From NCBI RefSeq assembly GCF_000981445.1, contig NC_027217.1, forward strand, positions 2,666,001-2,730,000: a DNA stretch of 64,000 bases, written 5' to 3'. The position numbers and the translations under genes are program-made. Shown piece after piece: positions 40,001 through 50,954 of this stretch. The notes below the pieces were generated by a model. The model saw only the letters and a program-made list of their open reading frames with translations, had not been told where the DNA came from and did not search any database. How positions within the stretch are numbered: the first letter of the stretch is position 1; each line of letters starts with the position of its first letter. This DNA is from Babesia bigemina (Eukaryota).

Positions 40001-42991
40001 CAGCCGCCCAGTGGCATCCCTGCTAACCAGAGTCCGCAGTATGTTCCACAGGAGAGAAGTTCCAGGGAGCGAGTTGGGGATATTGAGCCTTTCGATCTGC
40101 CTATGATATCTGTTGGAGGCAGTGCGGTCCCTGATTTCGAACATGAAGAGAAGGAAGCTAAATTGAAAAAACTTTCTTTAGCCAAACAAACAACAGAAAA
40201 ATGGGACTGGGATGCGAAACAGGCAGAGCTTTATAAACAGATGCAGAAAGAGAAAGTTAATTGGAACACACAAGTAAGGGAATATAGAGATAATTTACAT
40301 AGACAGAGTCACGAGACATCGAGAACGCCTTTCTTATCTCGGAAATCATCAGTACCGATTGTTCAGAACGTCGATATTCTCGTCCCACCTATCACAGCTC
40401 GGAATATCTCCGGTGCTGCAATCGAAATTCCGGCTGTTCAACTCGATGGGGATAGTGCTTTGACAGCTGCTGCCATACAGCAACCCACAGGCCACAGCAT
40501 TCCTGATTCCAAAATTAACTTTCGCAAGTCACCTTTTACGCCATCATCGAAGCCTACTGGACGTGATGATTCTCTGACCCAATCACCACACACTGTCACA
40601 TTTGACGATAATATCATGTTGAGCATGACAGGTGCATCTGGCCAACCGGTTGTCGGTGTCAACGGAAAAGTGGACACATCACAGATTCCGAGTGACATAA
40701 GGGTTAATGCGGGAGACCGATACCATCTAGAAGGACAAGAAGTACAGGACGATAAGTTAATTAAACGGCAGGAGCGGAATATTCAAAATCTGCAGAATGC
40801 TCAGATGCAAATCGATTCTGAAAATAAACAACGCGAACGTAAACTGCAGGCGTTAAAAGAAAAATCGAAACACATAAACGAAGAACAAAGGGAACTTATG
40901 GAAGCTGCAAAATCAGACGCTGATCGCATACGTGCATTCAAGGATTCACAGTTTGACATTTCTAGTGCCCCTCTACGTGTTGATGAAATGCAATTTGACA
41001 TCCAAATAGACGTCCCAAAACGTCCACTACAGGATTCGTCATATGACATAGACCTAGATGACCCTTACGCCAACACGGCCGATATCCTTAAAGACGAGTT
41101 GAAGCCTTCAGACGACAAAGGCTTCTCCGGTTTGCCTAACACTAATTTCAATCTGGACTTTGCGCCAGAACGTGCCGGCCCTATGGACTATGAAGATCCC
41201 GGGATGCCACGTGACCCGGCAAGGAAGACAGATGAACGTGTAATTAACCCATTTCACACAGATGAATGCCAAAACCCCTGGTCTGTTGACACTTCATCCA
41301 CCTCTCCCACTTCACTCCCCTCCCCAGTCCCAACCTCAGACAATATGCCTCCGCCCAAAACCGTGAGGGAAATGCTCTACTGGTTTGTCGGCTTGAATAC
41401 ACAAGGGTATATCGGATTGATTAGTGAGCATGTCAAAGGCCTTTTGAAGGGTTATAACACAGATGCGCTCGAGGTCACCGGGGATCCCCAGCAGCTGACC
41501 TCTTCCCATGTCACCACCAAACTGACCGAGGCGTGTCTATACTCAGCCACCGTTATCTACAAAATAAAGCATAACAATGATTTCAAAGCGTTTTCCACTT
41601 TTGACTTCAAATCAGAGTATAGTCAGCTGCATTATTCCCCCGACCCCGCCGGTCTCCTCTGCCAGCTGCGGGACTACGTGTACGCCTGCCACTACCAGTT
41701 GGAGTTCCTCAAGTCTCAGTGTAGCCGGTATGAATCTCATGGTGGTTGGAAAAATTATGATTATGGAAATGCTGTTTCCCCCTCTGACTCTCCCCTCCAT
41801 TCCTTCCTGACCGACGGCTGGGACTCCGACTTCGACACACACCCCTTCGACCCGTGTAACCTGTGCCACAAGAGCAGAGTCAGGATGGGATTCAAGATAG
41901 AAGATTTGCCTGAGAAGCAACATGATGGAACCATCCTTTCCTCCATCCTGTCTCCCAGCTGCGGCGGTAGTGATCCCCTGCTGACCCTGTCCTCGTACCT
42001 CAACTGCATCACCAGGCGGACGCCGCGCACAACCGGGGAGCTTGTATCGTACTTCCACAATTTTGGTAATGAACTTCACGGGTATGCTTTAAAGGCACTT
42101 TCTTCACTAGGCACTGCCATCACCAAGTCACATGCCGACTGCCCTGACTGGGACTGTCTTGGTGCCTCCGACCTCCAAGCTGTCAGTGGCCTCCGAGGCT
42201 CCGAGGCTCTCAACATGATCTCCAATAACAACCACGACAACGAGCATCCCCGTACCCTTTCCACACTGGTCGGCTGCGGCAGTGACCCTGCCAACTGCCA
42301 TCCACGTATGTCTCCCATCACCTACCGGGCCTACGCCCTGTACTCCCAGAGCTTCGCCCACACCTACCTCAGCTGGACGGTATACCTTCCGGACAGACTG
42401 CTTGAGTCACTTCAAAAATTGCACTACGATTTGCAAAAACATCTTGGCAGCGGCAAGTGCACATCCCTCTACCTGTGTCCCGTTGCGCTGCCCCTCCTCT
42501 ACACTCACGGGTTCACGCCGCCGGAGGTGGGATCGCAGGTGTCGCTCAAGTGCTCTGATGTTATAACTAAGCTTAAAGATATTGTGAACGGTAGGCCTAT
42601 CGCATCACTCATGACTGCCATGGACGAGTTCCTCTACGGCATCCGGGAGCCATTCATCTTCACCCTCGTCGCGATGTGGTCTCTCGCATTCCTCATCTTC
42701 GCCAATGCGATGTTGTACCGCCTGGACATACTCCACATCCGATCACACCTCATCCGCTCCAAGGCCTCGCACCGCATCGACGTCAAGGCCCTACTCACGA
42801 AAGGCCGGAAGATGATGTCCCTGTACGATGCGCATTCTATCTGCCAGGATGTATTCGTATTTGTTATATTTTACAGGCGTAGTCATATCTTAGTATATGA
42901 TGGGTGGCAGTGCACTACAATGGTAATTGGGTGCATTAGGTCATGGTCCGCAGTGCCATGGTATGTAGAAAAACTCATCAAGCATCTCTAA
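37016..42991 (+). CDS. Large ves-related variant protein (Babesia multigene family) with C-terminal TM
   Basis: ~1990 aa. N-terminal FKTLKECLEFLQWL, central low-complexity/coiled-coil region, Cys-rich C-terminal domain (PPKTVREMLYW, LCQLRDYVYAC, RRTPRTTGELVSYFH), then TM and RLDILHIRSHLIRSKASHRI, as in ves-like families. The last ~50 codons may be read-through or unspliced. Confidence 0.75.
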   Translation: MAAKGSVPDFKTLKECLEFLQWLHSDKNMQYRVTRRLKKLLEKKYAKVNEQQIDTALSTFLTIVSKFYTKLCQKAGHGKNMPDKARDAFYALLQCIPKFLSVMYYLRYNVDSNFAGVGGGRWAKQQVGTLALYARLGSQMVERMKSTASDIEKYLIEKGNSNFGVIPGGFDPSDLKQIGDRDSYSEGSIMLHDLINICDKKDGQLFRDVFVTSVLSKNSGVDVSNIANALRMVEDFCGIFENVEKDDFTSHVQSRGQCINWQTLKDHCTKLKETLGKMFKQGVFSFTGYGRTYGFLDKKNIAKKMANWFRANLDEVRINLARITPFDSKQYNLKTRNKKLPQYYAGLGAHLAKYLFPYGFTFEGRSFKTGTTPYEDLKKHWDAVIGDLKKDDGGLATLKKILDGNQCANGQKQREPTPKSKPKPGPEPEPEPEPEPGPELEPEDEDDLADDDEVDSDEELMKELSDEEDLAAQKTEVTKAEAAKPTATKTEATKTEAAKPVVTKAEAAKPQAQNVENAQNQGKKAEATPNQNNGQSEEKPGSSPVAQAAEHKDSSAPSPRPASSGADVPGSGRGPGGTGSTSDSAEPGSEESHTEKNNASTLAPTGHSTGSSDGGDGKGGGSEKMCSDGSPPVELYPYGFKYCRRGDKVWDASEQKKMHDDWDEKKRNYELKLERNKKKIEERLRRQKEAENLKMEVEERIKEDERQLQREAMLPRIDVVYMPQELSENLDVAYNTAAQRHLNQFVSPMPFDIIKPTNRDAVIDDDHGTGEVNVNGSVLDGASGTQFEEFEGKPVQNFDEQSKRQQDYYSAVDITKSPGVEGYEIPDPFFSDKRQTEIDKELGKNQKDMASELQYQYYQGLGDTQSKWKQSIVDTEQAEKKERKRQIDARIQNVIERVRERNERKNKAAQNLDKKYEQTTEKIWKTQQQQNLDYIEENVKDDDAKKRLQQKRLRHQKKLEQQNISSDTPSSTDSTLPSQPSRPAPAPSGQIPFSSQPPSGIPANQSPQYVPQERSSRERVGDIEPFDLPMISVGGSAVPDFEHEEKEAKLKKLSLAKQTTEKWDWDAKQAELYKQMQKEKVNWNTQVREYRDNLHRQSHETSRTPFLSRKSSVPIVQNVDILVPPITARNISGAAIEIPAVQLDGDSALTAAAIQQPTGHSIPDSKINFRKSPFTPSSKPTGRDDSLTQSPHTVTFDDNIMLSMTGASGQPVVGVNGKVDTSQIPSDIRVNAGDRYHLEGQEVQDDKLIKRQERNIQNLQNAQMQIDSENKQRERKLQALKEKSKHINEEQRELMEAAKSDADRIRAFKDSQFDISSAPLRVDEMQFDIQIDVPKRPLQDSSYDIDLDDPYANTADILKDELKPSDDKGFSGLPNTNFNLDFAPERAGPMDYEDPGMPRDPARKTDERVINPFHTDECQNPWSVDTSSTSPTSLPSPVPTSDNMPPPKTVREMLYWFVGLNTQGYIGLISEHVKGLLKGYNTDALEVTGDPQQLTSSHVTTKLTEACLYSATVIYKIKHNNDFKAFSTFDFKSEYSQLHYSPDPAGLLCQLRDYVYACHYQLEFLKSQCSRYESHGGWKNYDYGNAVSPSDSPLHSFLTDGWDSDFDTHPFDPCNLCHKSRVRMGFKIEDLPEKQHDGTILSSILSPSCGGSDPLLTLSSYLNCITRRTPRTTGELVSYFHNFGNELHGYALKALSSLGTAITKSHADCPDWDCLGASDLQAVSGLRGSEALNMISNNNHDNEHPRTLSTLVGCGSDPANCHPRMSPITYRAYALYSQSFAHTYLSWTVYLPDRLLESLQKLHYDLQKHLGSGKCTSLYLCPVALPLLYTHGFTPPEVGSQVSLKCSDVITKLKDIVNGRPIASLMTAMDEFLYGIREPFIFTLVAMWSLAFLIFANAMLYRLDILHIRSHLIRSKASHRIDVKALLTKGRKMMSLYDAHSICQDVFVFVIFYRRSHILVYDGWQCTTMVIGCIRSWSAVPWYVEKLIKHL
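38268..38548 (+). repeat. Coding repeats: (CCTGAG)n Pro-Glu and TKAEAAKP-type units
   Basis: Visible in DNA and protein (PEPEPEPEP; TKAEAAKP/TKTEAAKP). Confidence 0.8.
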
Positions 42992-43137
42992 CTGCATAGT
43001 ACGACCAAAAGTTATATGTAGTGCTGCTAATGGCTACGTGTATTACAAACGTGTTAATTATTGGACGAGACAATCACATTAATACCGGATGTGACCTGGA
43101 CACAGTGGGACTATATGGACTGGATGATGCTATGATT

Positions 43138-43356
43138 TTAGTGGAGTGAAGGCTTGGTACCACGGAATTCGTCGCTCATTCGGCCAAATAAATCGCCAAG
43201 GCTAATGTTATTCAGCCTACAGCAAATATAGAGAGTCAAGACAGCGAGAGCGGGAAATAAAAGGAAGCCACCAATGGCGATGGCAGCGCCAGTAGCCACT
43301 CGCTTCGCACAAGCACTCTTACAATCGTCTTGACCACAGTAACTGCACTTCGTCAT
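43138..43356 (-). CDS. Very small Cys-containing single-TM protein (copy 4, reduced)
   Basis: 72 aa ATG ORF. CSYCGQDDCKSAC followed by TM AAIAIGGFLLFPALAVLTLYICC. Confidence 0.5.
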   Translation of the reverse strand: MTKCSYCGQDDCKSACAKRVATGAAIAIGGFLLFPALAVLTLYICCRLNNISLGDLFGRMSDEFRGTKPSLH

Positions 43357-45555
43357 TTTCTACACAACTCACTTGATAACTCTGCACGGAAATGAACAAC
43401 GCACCTTATACCTCGAACACTCTCAGCCAGCTGACGATTCACAATGACTACATCCCCACCCTTATCTGCCATCCTCTTTTGCTGGGGCAATAGTCAGGCC
43501 CAACCATCTAACTCTGATACACCATGACTATCCAATATCACTGCATGTGGTAAGGCGCACGGTAATAATCAAGTAACGCCCCTATCCATTTGACAGAACC
43601 AAATGCGCTTGATACTGTTAAATAGCAGTCAATCTTCCGGCAATGTATTTACAGACCTTTTGGATGCTAACAATATCAACCTTCACCCGCGACGTTCCAA
43701 CTCATCAATTCAGCCCATAATCCATATCGGGACATTCAAACATGCTTGTCCACCTTATAAGGGTTTCACGCCGCATCACAGTTTAATCACGGTATTAAAC
43801 CGTGTCGCTATACCGTGCATACCTGCTCTGTGCCAAGCCGTCCAGCGGTGTCCAACTAAATGTCAAATTCACTTAGGGTTTAAATACTATCCATTCTATT
43901 CGGTGTTACGTATTATAAAGTCACATAAAGCCGTTTTCACATTGCGTCATAGACGTCAACAAAAAATATTTACCAGGTCTGCCTAACATGACATGCGTTA
44001 AGGGGTGGGGACGCATCACGTAGCATTTTATATGCGCTGTTGCTCTTGAATCGCAATTTTATTCTTCAGTTATTTGCTTTTTGTGACCATAGCTTTGAAT
44101 TTATCGTCTCGCTAGTGTTTACTGAGTCATTATACCAAATTATTCATTTACAATGCAGAGCATCCAGCCATAGAATCTGTCGATTGGTTGCTTCGCTTGC
44201 CAATTTTGTAATACGCCCTCACTCTGTTTCTCACCATTCACAGAGCTCAATCCATTTCTATACACGATGGTTACGAGTATAGACACGTGATTATCAACAG
44301 AGATTGCGATGAGTCGTAGTACGCCTGTCAGCAATTGGTGTGGCCGGGTGATTTACGAGCACACGTTGAAATAGATGCCATTTTCACAGCAAAACATGGT
44401 TCAAACACTGTCACTTATAATATCACACCTATTACGATACCAACCCTTACAAAGAACTTAGTTGATCAAACCTCTGTTACACTTCCTACCCGTAGATGGG
44501 AAGATTCAATTATCAGGCATTTTCTTGCTGATGAAATGAAAAGGGCAACAGTAACAGTATTGAAATCACGTAAGGCCATGATTGCAGATAAGGCACGCTT
44601 GAGGGAGCTCATTACAGCCCTGCTGTAGGAGAAGCAGATTTGAAGGTGATGGTATCCACTTCAACGGTTTAATATAACACGAATAATGATACCTTACATT
44701 CGCTACAATGCCCAATGGTGAAACCGTTTCGAAGAGATGGGAGTAATGTCCCACCGATGACCGTAGCATCAGGTTTAATAAACAAGATTTACCCCAGGGC
44801 TTTATGCAGCAATGCTCAAATAATGGGTGATCGATTAATGCGGATTGGATCAACGAAATTTAAGGATTATATAACATTATCGCTCATACGGTTTTTGCTT
44901 CTTGCAAAAGACCGACCCCCGGATAATGAGAGACAAAACATCTCCAGACAGGAAATTAGCGTCGACTTGTTCATTGACGCAGATGGAGGCAATGTTGCAT
45001 CATGCAGCGCAGTGTGATTCTCAAATTTGGGGTAGCGATAGAGTTTTTCAACCACTATCAACTGTTAACGTCCGTAATGGCATTTTTCACCCGGCTGCGG
45101 GATGACCGTCAGAGCGTTTCGCCGTATTAATGGCTCATGAGAAAGATGACTGAACGAGTTCATGCGATCACAATCGTAACATTCAATGTATTAATATTGC
45201 TAGGGACATAAATAACGCATACGAGTAATTACAGCCTTGAGTCACACATAACGAGCACTGAAATGGAGCATACGGCTGAGGAATATACCAAAGCATACTA
45301 TGTTATCAAATATACACGAGGTGACAAACTTTGACACACACCACGCACTAAAAGTGTGTGGTTCCGTGATTATTCAACACCATGCATAAACGTAGGCTCC
45401 TAAGCACTTTATATTCTGAAAAAATACATATTAAATACATTACTGTACAGTTTTACAGAATGATCTAAAATATCGCATCTTAATTGCCATTGTCACCTGC
45501 TACGTGCGTTGTCTATTGATCAGCAGATTTATTCGCAAGTGCAGTGCGACGAAAG

Positions 45556-45765
45556 ATGGTAGGTCAGTGTACTTGTTGCACAGACGGGACCTGCAATAGA
45601 GGAATTTGTACTCACTGCCCGCGCTGTTGCACAACATGTACTAGCTGTGAGAGATGTAAGTCACAACATAACGTGAGATCATGCCAGACGTGTATTAATT
45701 GGGGGCGCGTTGGTTTAACCGTCGCAATCCTAGTAATCATCAGTCTCATCTGCCTCGGCTTTTAA
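45556..45765 (+). CDS. Small Cys-rich single-TM protein (copy 5, possibly truncated)
   Basis: MVGQCTCCTDGTCNRGICTHCPRCCTTC...RVGLTVAILVIISLICLGF*. RGICTHCPRCC matches RGKCICCPSCC of copy 2, and VGLT matches VGIT. Confidence 0.6.
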   Translation: MVGQCTCCTDGTCNRGICTHCPRCCTTCTSCERCKSQHNVRSCQTCINWGRVGLTVAILVIISLICLGF

Positions 45766-46231
45766 AGGTAGATGCACGCCGTCAAGAATGTGTGTTCTTA
45801 CTTCGTTGATCGCGCCCCGTTTTTCATTTCTAACTCAAAACATCTGGACTAGAGCACAAAATAGCCGCACCATAGACGTAGCGTTGCTGTAACCTGAAAA
45901 AAATCTAATATAAACGCACGTGTTTTGTGAAATGGTGGCGACTTCAGATGTATACAGAGCCTAAAATGACGTTATACAACTCAACAAGCGGCTTGTTTGA
46001 CCGACGAGATAATAGGCTCCTGCAGGGCGTGATAAAACGGCTACAAGCACCATATAGATTTATCATTTCACTCGTTCACGCATTATAGAATTCTACATTA
46101 TCTACGTTGTATTTAACTGCGGTAGCTGTTGATGTAGGAGATTATCAACTCCTAAAACACCGTAAATGCTACACACTAACGATTAAACTGAAGACTACAC
46201 TTAAAGTTCCATAGACGTTTAACCTTTTGCT

Positions 46232-48967
46232 TCACTTCCCCATGTGGATGCGGCGCACTTTGAAGCGCGATAGACGTCCTTTGATCACGTGCGCCAACCT
46301 GACAGAACTGGAGGAGCATGACTCTATACCGGGGGAGATGAGCTGCACTACCTTGGAGGTCGACACTGCGTAGTAACCCAAAATATGAATTGCCGTTTCC
46401 AAAGCCATGCTGAATCTGACAAATGTTTTGGAAATCGGATCGGCCGCAAATTTCGCGTGGAAGAGGCAAAACAGGTCCCACACGTTTACCTCACGTGTGG
46501 AAAGGGTACGAGACGACCGGATCAGATGCTTGAGATCCTCCGCAAATCCAGTGCACTCGTTTTGCTCCAATATGTCGCGCAGAATGTGCCATTCAGTTTT
46601 AAACGGGGTGAATTTGGCCACCACCATTTGGTAAGCAAGCTTGCTGCATGACTGGATAGTTGGGAGCATCAGCATTCCAAGAGCGTGCTCCACGAAGGTT
46701 GCCACCGTCGTGCTGGTAGAGTCTGCGCGCACTGTATCCAAGTATTCTTCCACAAGGTCGTATTTTGGAGGCGTTCCCAAGAATCGCGAAATCGACTCGG
46801 CTGCAGGGTAGAAAGTCAAAAAGTGTATACCCAAGTCTTTCATCGTTGCGATTAGATCAGCTAGACTCTGGTCCTGCTTTGCCCTAATTACTCTTGAGAT
46901 GCGCTTGATGAGGTCATTAATCCGTATGGCGGCGTGCTCGCTGCACAGTATCTTGACCAACATACCAAGACGGCTCCTCGCCCGGTCGCAATCGGGCAGC
47001 AGGCCCATTAGCGTGTTTAGTAAATAAATACCAAGCTGCAGTGACAACCGGCGCTCAATGAGCTTCATGGATTCGTAGGGCATCACCTGCAGACAGAAGG
47101 CTTCCATCGACGCCTGTTTATCCAGGATCACCTGGAGGTACGCCACGTGAGATTCGGAGAGATTGCAGCCACAGAACAGCAACCCCAATTTGATGAACAA
47201 ATCCCGTGCCATCTTTTCATTTCTGTACACCTCAAAATATGGCTCATTGTTAGACACGTGTACCGCAGAGCGCATGTCGACAATATCGGGCATACAGACG
47301 AAGCTGAATTGCGAGTTCCTGAAAAATGAGTCATACATGCTGTAGATACGCTTGATCAGCGCGCTGACGGACATTTCTTCGTTGTAGAGCATATTCCAAG
47401 ACTGCTGCAACATGTGCATATGGGGAATGAAACACTGGATTTCCGAATCGAACAGCAAGACGTTCAGCAGATCATCCGACAGTTTATTCACCGATACCAC
47501 GTCGCAGTTGACGATGGAGAGTCCGGAGTACACCCTCGGCGAGATGTGGTGCTCCAAGTTCGTCTCCCAGCAGTTGGAGCACAAGATGCAGCTGATCGCC
47601 ACGCCCTCGCAACTCTTGAACTTCTCGAAAATGAACAACAATTCGTTCAAGTTGTTCGTAATTTTCTCTATGATAAGGACCAGATTCCGCGATCGGAAGT
47701 ACGTCTTGAAAAGGTCGACGATCTGCTCCATGATCGATTTGCGCACGCTAATATCCAGTGGCTGCGCCTCGACCGAATTTTTTCTGTTATTGGGCATGAG
47801 ACCCTTCAATGACGTGTATATACTCTCGAGCGACGCTTGTACGTTTCCCATTATGTTAACCTTGACGAACACATGCTTCTTGTCCCCAGATGATGACAAG
47901 GAGGTGAACAACTTGTCCAGCACAATCCTCTGGTCGCTGCTGACTACTCCCAAGTCGACAAGTATTATAGGCAGCATCGTGTCAGACACTGCGTTCCGCT
48001 CGAGAAGCTCTAGAATAACGCCCATCCCCTCCTGAACCGATATGCGGATGATATCGTTGATGCGCTGCATGAACTTTGACCACGCCACGTCGAAAGCACG
48101 TGAACGGAGCACGCATGTTTGATACATGGTCTTCTCGAACGCCACTAGACCTTCTACGTCACCCAGTTGCGACAGTGCGGTGAACATGTTCAGCTCGTTG
48201 CGAGCGGGGGTAACCATGCTACCGAAGCCCATTACAGCCGCCGGAGCCGGGGTATAGGACTGCTGGAACTCTGAATCAATACTGTCGACCGTATATGCAC
48301 CGGCATCATACATGACCTTTTCGAGCAATGTGGCGGCTGAATCGCCGGGCGCCGCCGACCTCGAGGGTGTTATCGGTGCAGGTTGAAGCGGCGTGTCATC
48401 GGATGCAACACTTGTGGCGGACGACAATTGGCTGGTCACATGGTAACCAGTGTGGAAACGTGGTGCATGGGGGGACGAGTTTGTGCGGCCAGTTGAAGCG
48501 GCTTTCCTAGGTGTTGTGGTCTGCCTGGTTGGGGTGACAGTCTCACGTCGTTGCGATTTGGAGGGGCTCGTTCCTGTTGCGTCTGCGCCGCTTTCACCAT
48601 CTGGTCTGCCAACTGGCGGAGCAGTGGCCCTTTCAGGTGTCCTGCCACTCTTACTGGAGTGCTGGGTGTCAGTCCCGCTTCGGTGATTTCTTACTGGAGT
48701 CGAGACATGCGGTTTCCTTTCAGCCGGATCACCAGTGGATGCCTCACTTGAAGATTCAACTAGAAAGTCGCTTTCGTCTATATCCACAGCGTCTGATGTC
48801 GTCAAGGAGACTTCATCGCAGAATTGGACATCATCTCGCCGACCGCATGACAGGTTGCGAATGGCGCCAAATGTAGCATTATCGGCGGCAACATGGTCCT
48901 CAAAGCACATATATACTACATTTTCGTCGGCTTCCTCGACCGTCAGCGGCAGTGACGGTGGAATCAT
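46232..48967 (-). CDS. ORC3: Origin recognition complex subunit 3-like protein
   Basis: 911 aa. LVLIIE...HHISPRVYSGL...MSVSALIKRI...FF and the C-terminal VNVWDLF..F...RFSMALE...LGY recall ORC3 core and winged-helix segments. Recognised by eye only. Confidence 0.6.
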   Translation of the reverse strand: MIPPSLPLTVEEADENVVYMCFEDHVAADNATFGAIRNLSCGRRDDVQFCDEVSLTTSDAVDIDESDFLVESSSEASTGDPAERKPHVSTPVRNHRSGTDTQHSSKSGRTPERATAPPVGRPDGESGADATGTSPSKSQRRETVTPTRQTTTPRKAASTGRTNSSPHAPRFHTGYHVTSQLSSATSVASDDTPLQPAPITPSRSAAPGDSAATLLEKVMYDAGAYTVDSIDSEFQQSYTPAPAAVMGFGSMVTPARNELNMFTALSQLGDVEGLVAFEKTMYQTCVLRSRAFDVAWSKFMQRINDIIRISVQEGMGVILELLERNAVSDTMLPIILVDLGVVSSDQRIVLDKLFTSLSSSGDKKHVFVKVNIMGNVQASLESIYTSLKGLMPNNRKNSVEAQPLDISVRKSIMEQIVDLFKTYFRSRNLVLIIEKITNNLNELLFIFEKFKSCEGVAISCILCSNCWETNLEHHISPRVYSGLSIVNCDVVSVNKLSDDLLNVLLFDSEIQCFIPHMHMLQQSWNMLYNEEMSVSALIKRIYSMYDSFFRNSQFSFVCMPDIVDMRSAVHVSNNEPYFEVYRNEKMARDLFIKLGLLFCGCNLSESHVAYLQVILDKQASMEAFCLQVMPYESMKLIERRLSLQLGIYLLNTLMGLLPDCDRARSRLGMLVKILCSEHAAIRINDLIKRISRVIRAKQDQSLADLIATMKDLGIHFLTFYPAAESISRFLGTPPKYDLVEEYLDTVRADSTSTTVATFVEHALGMLMLPTIQSCSKLAYQMVVAKFTPFKTEWHILRDILEQNECTGFAEDLKHLIRSSRTLSTREVNVWDLFCLFHAKFAADPISKTFVRFSMALETAIHILGYYAVSTSKVVQLISPGIESCSSSSVRLAHVIKGRLSRFKVRRIHMGK

Positions 48968-49283
48968 GTTGCAGGCGTGAGATGTGCACGGCTGCGAGCC
49001 GTCACCTAGAAGAGCGGAAGATCACACGCAACTCCTGCCCCTCGTCCTCAGAAATAGATTAGACCGATTTCGCGCTGCCTGCATGGCGTCATAGCCGGTA
49101 AATGTCGCGATGTGTGCGGCTGCCCAAAACTATGTGGCGCCTCAGCGGCCGAAAGCAGCCACGCATAGAATCTCGCGCGAAACCGTTGTAGCGGCGCGTT
49201 GGAAGACGGCTGTGCAGACCTAACTACGTGCCCTCGCCCTGCAGAGGGCACCGCGGACCACGGAAGACAGGGTGGCAGCCGCG

Positions 49284-50678
49284 ATGTCGCGAGAAGCCAC
49301 CTCCGTGGAGCGCTGCCCCGAAAAGGGAGCGGACCCCGAGTCCGGCGGCGCCGCGTCTAAGAGCTCCAGGAACAACAGCTACGTCTTATGTGGTATGCTC
49401 TCCGGTGTTATCACGAAGACAATTTGCGCTCCCTTCGACCGCATTCGTCTGCTGTACCAGGTGCAGCCGATGTTTGCGCAGGTGAATGCCACCGGCGAGC
49501 AGTATTCTGGCGCTTTCAAATACCAAGGCGTGATACGTACGGCACAGAAGATCATTGTGGAGGAAGGCATATGCGGCCTATGGCGCGGCAACATGATGAA
49601 CATGATGCGCGGAGGCCTGTGCTACGCAACCAAGTTCGGGATCAACGACGGCGCCAAGGAGCAGCTGAGGACCTTGGGTGTGCTGCAACGCTGGTTTGAC
49701 CTGCGTGTGGAGCGGTCGGACAACCCTGTACGCACGAAGGCGCAGAACACGGTCATGCTATCGCTACTCTCTGGTGCATCGGCAGGCATGCTGCAGAAGT
49801 CCTTATCGTATCCTCTCGACGTCATGAGCGTGCGCATGGCGCTGGGTGTGAACACCAAGGTGCTGAGTACCAATTGCACGTACAACAGCATCCCCGACTG
49901 CTTCTTTAAGATTCTACGCTCTGAAGGCATACGCGGATTTTTTAAGGGATTCTTCCCCACGCTGTGCACAGGCGTGCCATACGTGGCGTTACAGATGTCA
50001 TTTTTCGATTTTTACAAGAAGAAGCTCACCGCTGCATGCGGCTTTGAGAAGGATCAGCTTAACCTGAAACAGGTGGCGTTCATTTCATCGGTTGCGGGTT
50101 CGGCAGCTGGATTTTCTGCGTTGTCTATAGTGTTTCCAGGTGAGTATGTATACTGTGTGATTGCCACGTGCGGGGTGTTATTGTGCCACTCGTAGTCTGT
50201 CTAAAAATGACGGTATCGTGCTTACATGGGCCTGGTGTGTGTTATGCATCCTTAGCCGTTCTAGTTGAGATTTTGGGCATAATACCGTCGAATATACTGG
50301 ATCGATTAATCCGATGACGGATGGCAGCATGCCTGGAGAATGGCTTAGACCGGCCGTGCGCCGTTAGCGCTGCGCGCAGTGGTACAATCGTACATATTCA
50401 TGTAGCATTGACCTATAACAACTTTCAGGCGACACCGTGCGCAAGCGCATGATGAATAACGCCATCTCGGATGAGAAAAGGCTCTACCTAAACGCACGAC
50501 ATTGCGTCAAGTACATCTTCCGCAACGAAGGTTGGTGATAACGGTTGCCATTCCATGGGCTGCAGGAATAATGGCCTTCTATTACGGCCTTTTCCCGTCG
50601 CTGCTAAAGTCGTTGCCGTCTGGCGCGCTGCAGTTCGTGATGTACGAAGTTCTCAAGCACTTAATGAGTAAGCCTTAG
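49284..50678 (+). CDS. Mitochondrial carrier family (SLC25) protein, 2 introns
   Basis: Three Px[DE]xx[KR]-type repeats (PFDRIR, PLDVMS, PG|DTVRKRM), GLWRGN and GFFKGFFP. Last exons at ~50429-50678. Confidence 0.88.
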
Positions 50679-50954
50679 CGGCTGGAGCTATCATCATGCT
50701 CTGCGCGAATTAGCACAGTGCACCCTCACACACTGGCTTCAATCACTAACAACACTTTGACTTGACGACAGTCATTCACCATCCGTGTCCATCGCCAGCG
50801 TCCACCTTGTCGGCGCCGCCCTTAAGCGACAGACCTCGGACCGCGAGCCTATGTAGTGGCGGCTGCCAAACAGCGGTAAATTCAGGGCATATTTGCGCTT
50901 GCTTATTCTGTAGACAGGCACACATCGCTGCGCGGAACTGTTGCAACGGGAAAG

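Noticed and set aside
43560..45200. AT-rich stretch with short ORFs as another retroelement fossil or pseudogene
   Set aside because: Only vague resemblance to the RT N-terminal region by eye, with no convincing motif. It needs a frameshift-aware tBLASTn.
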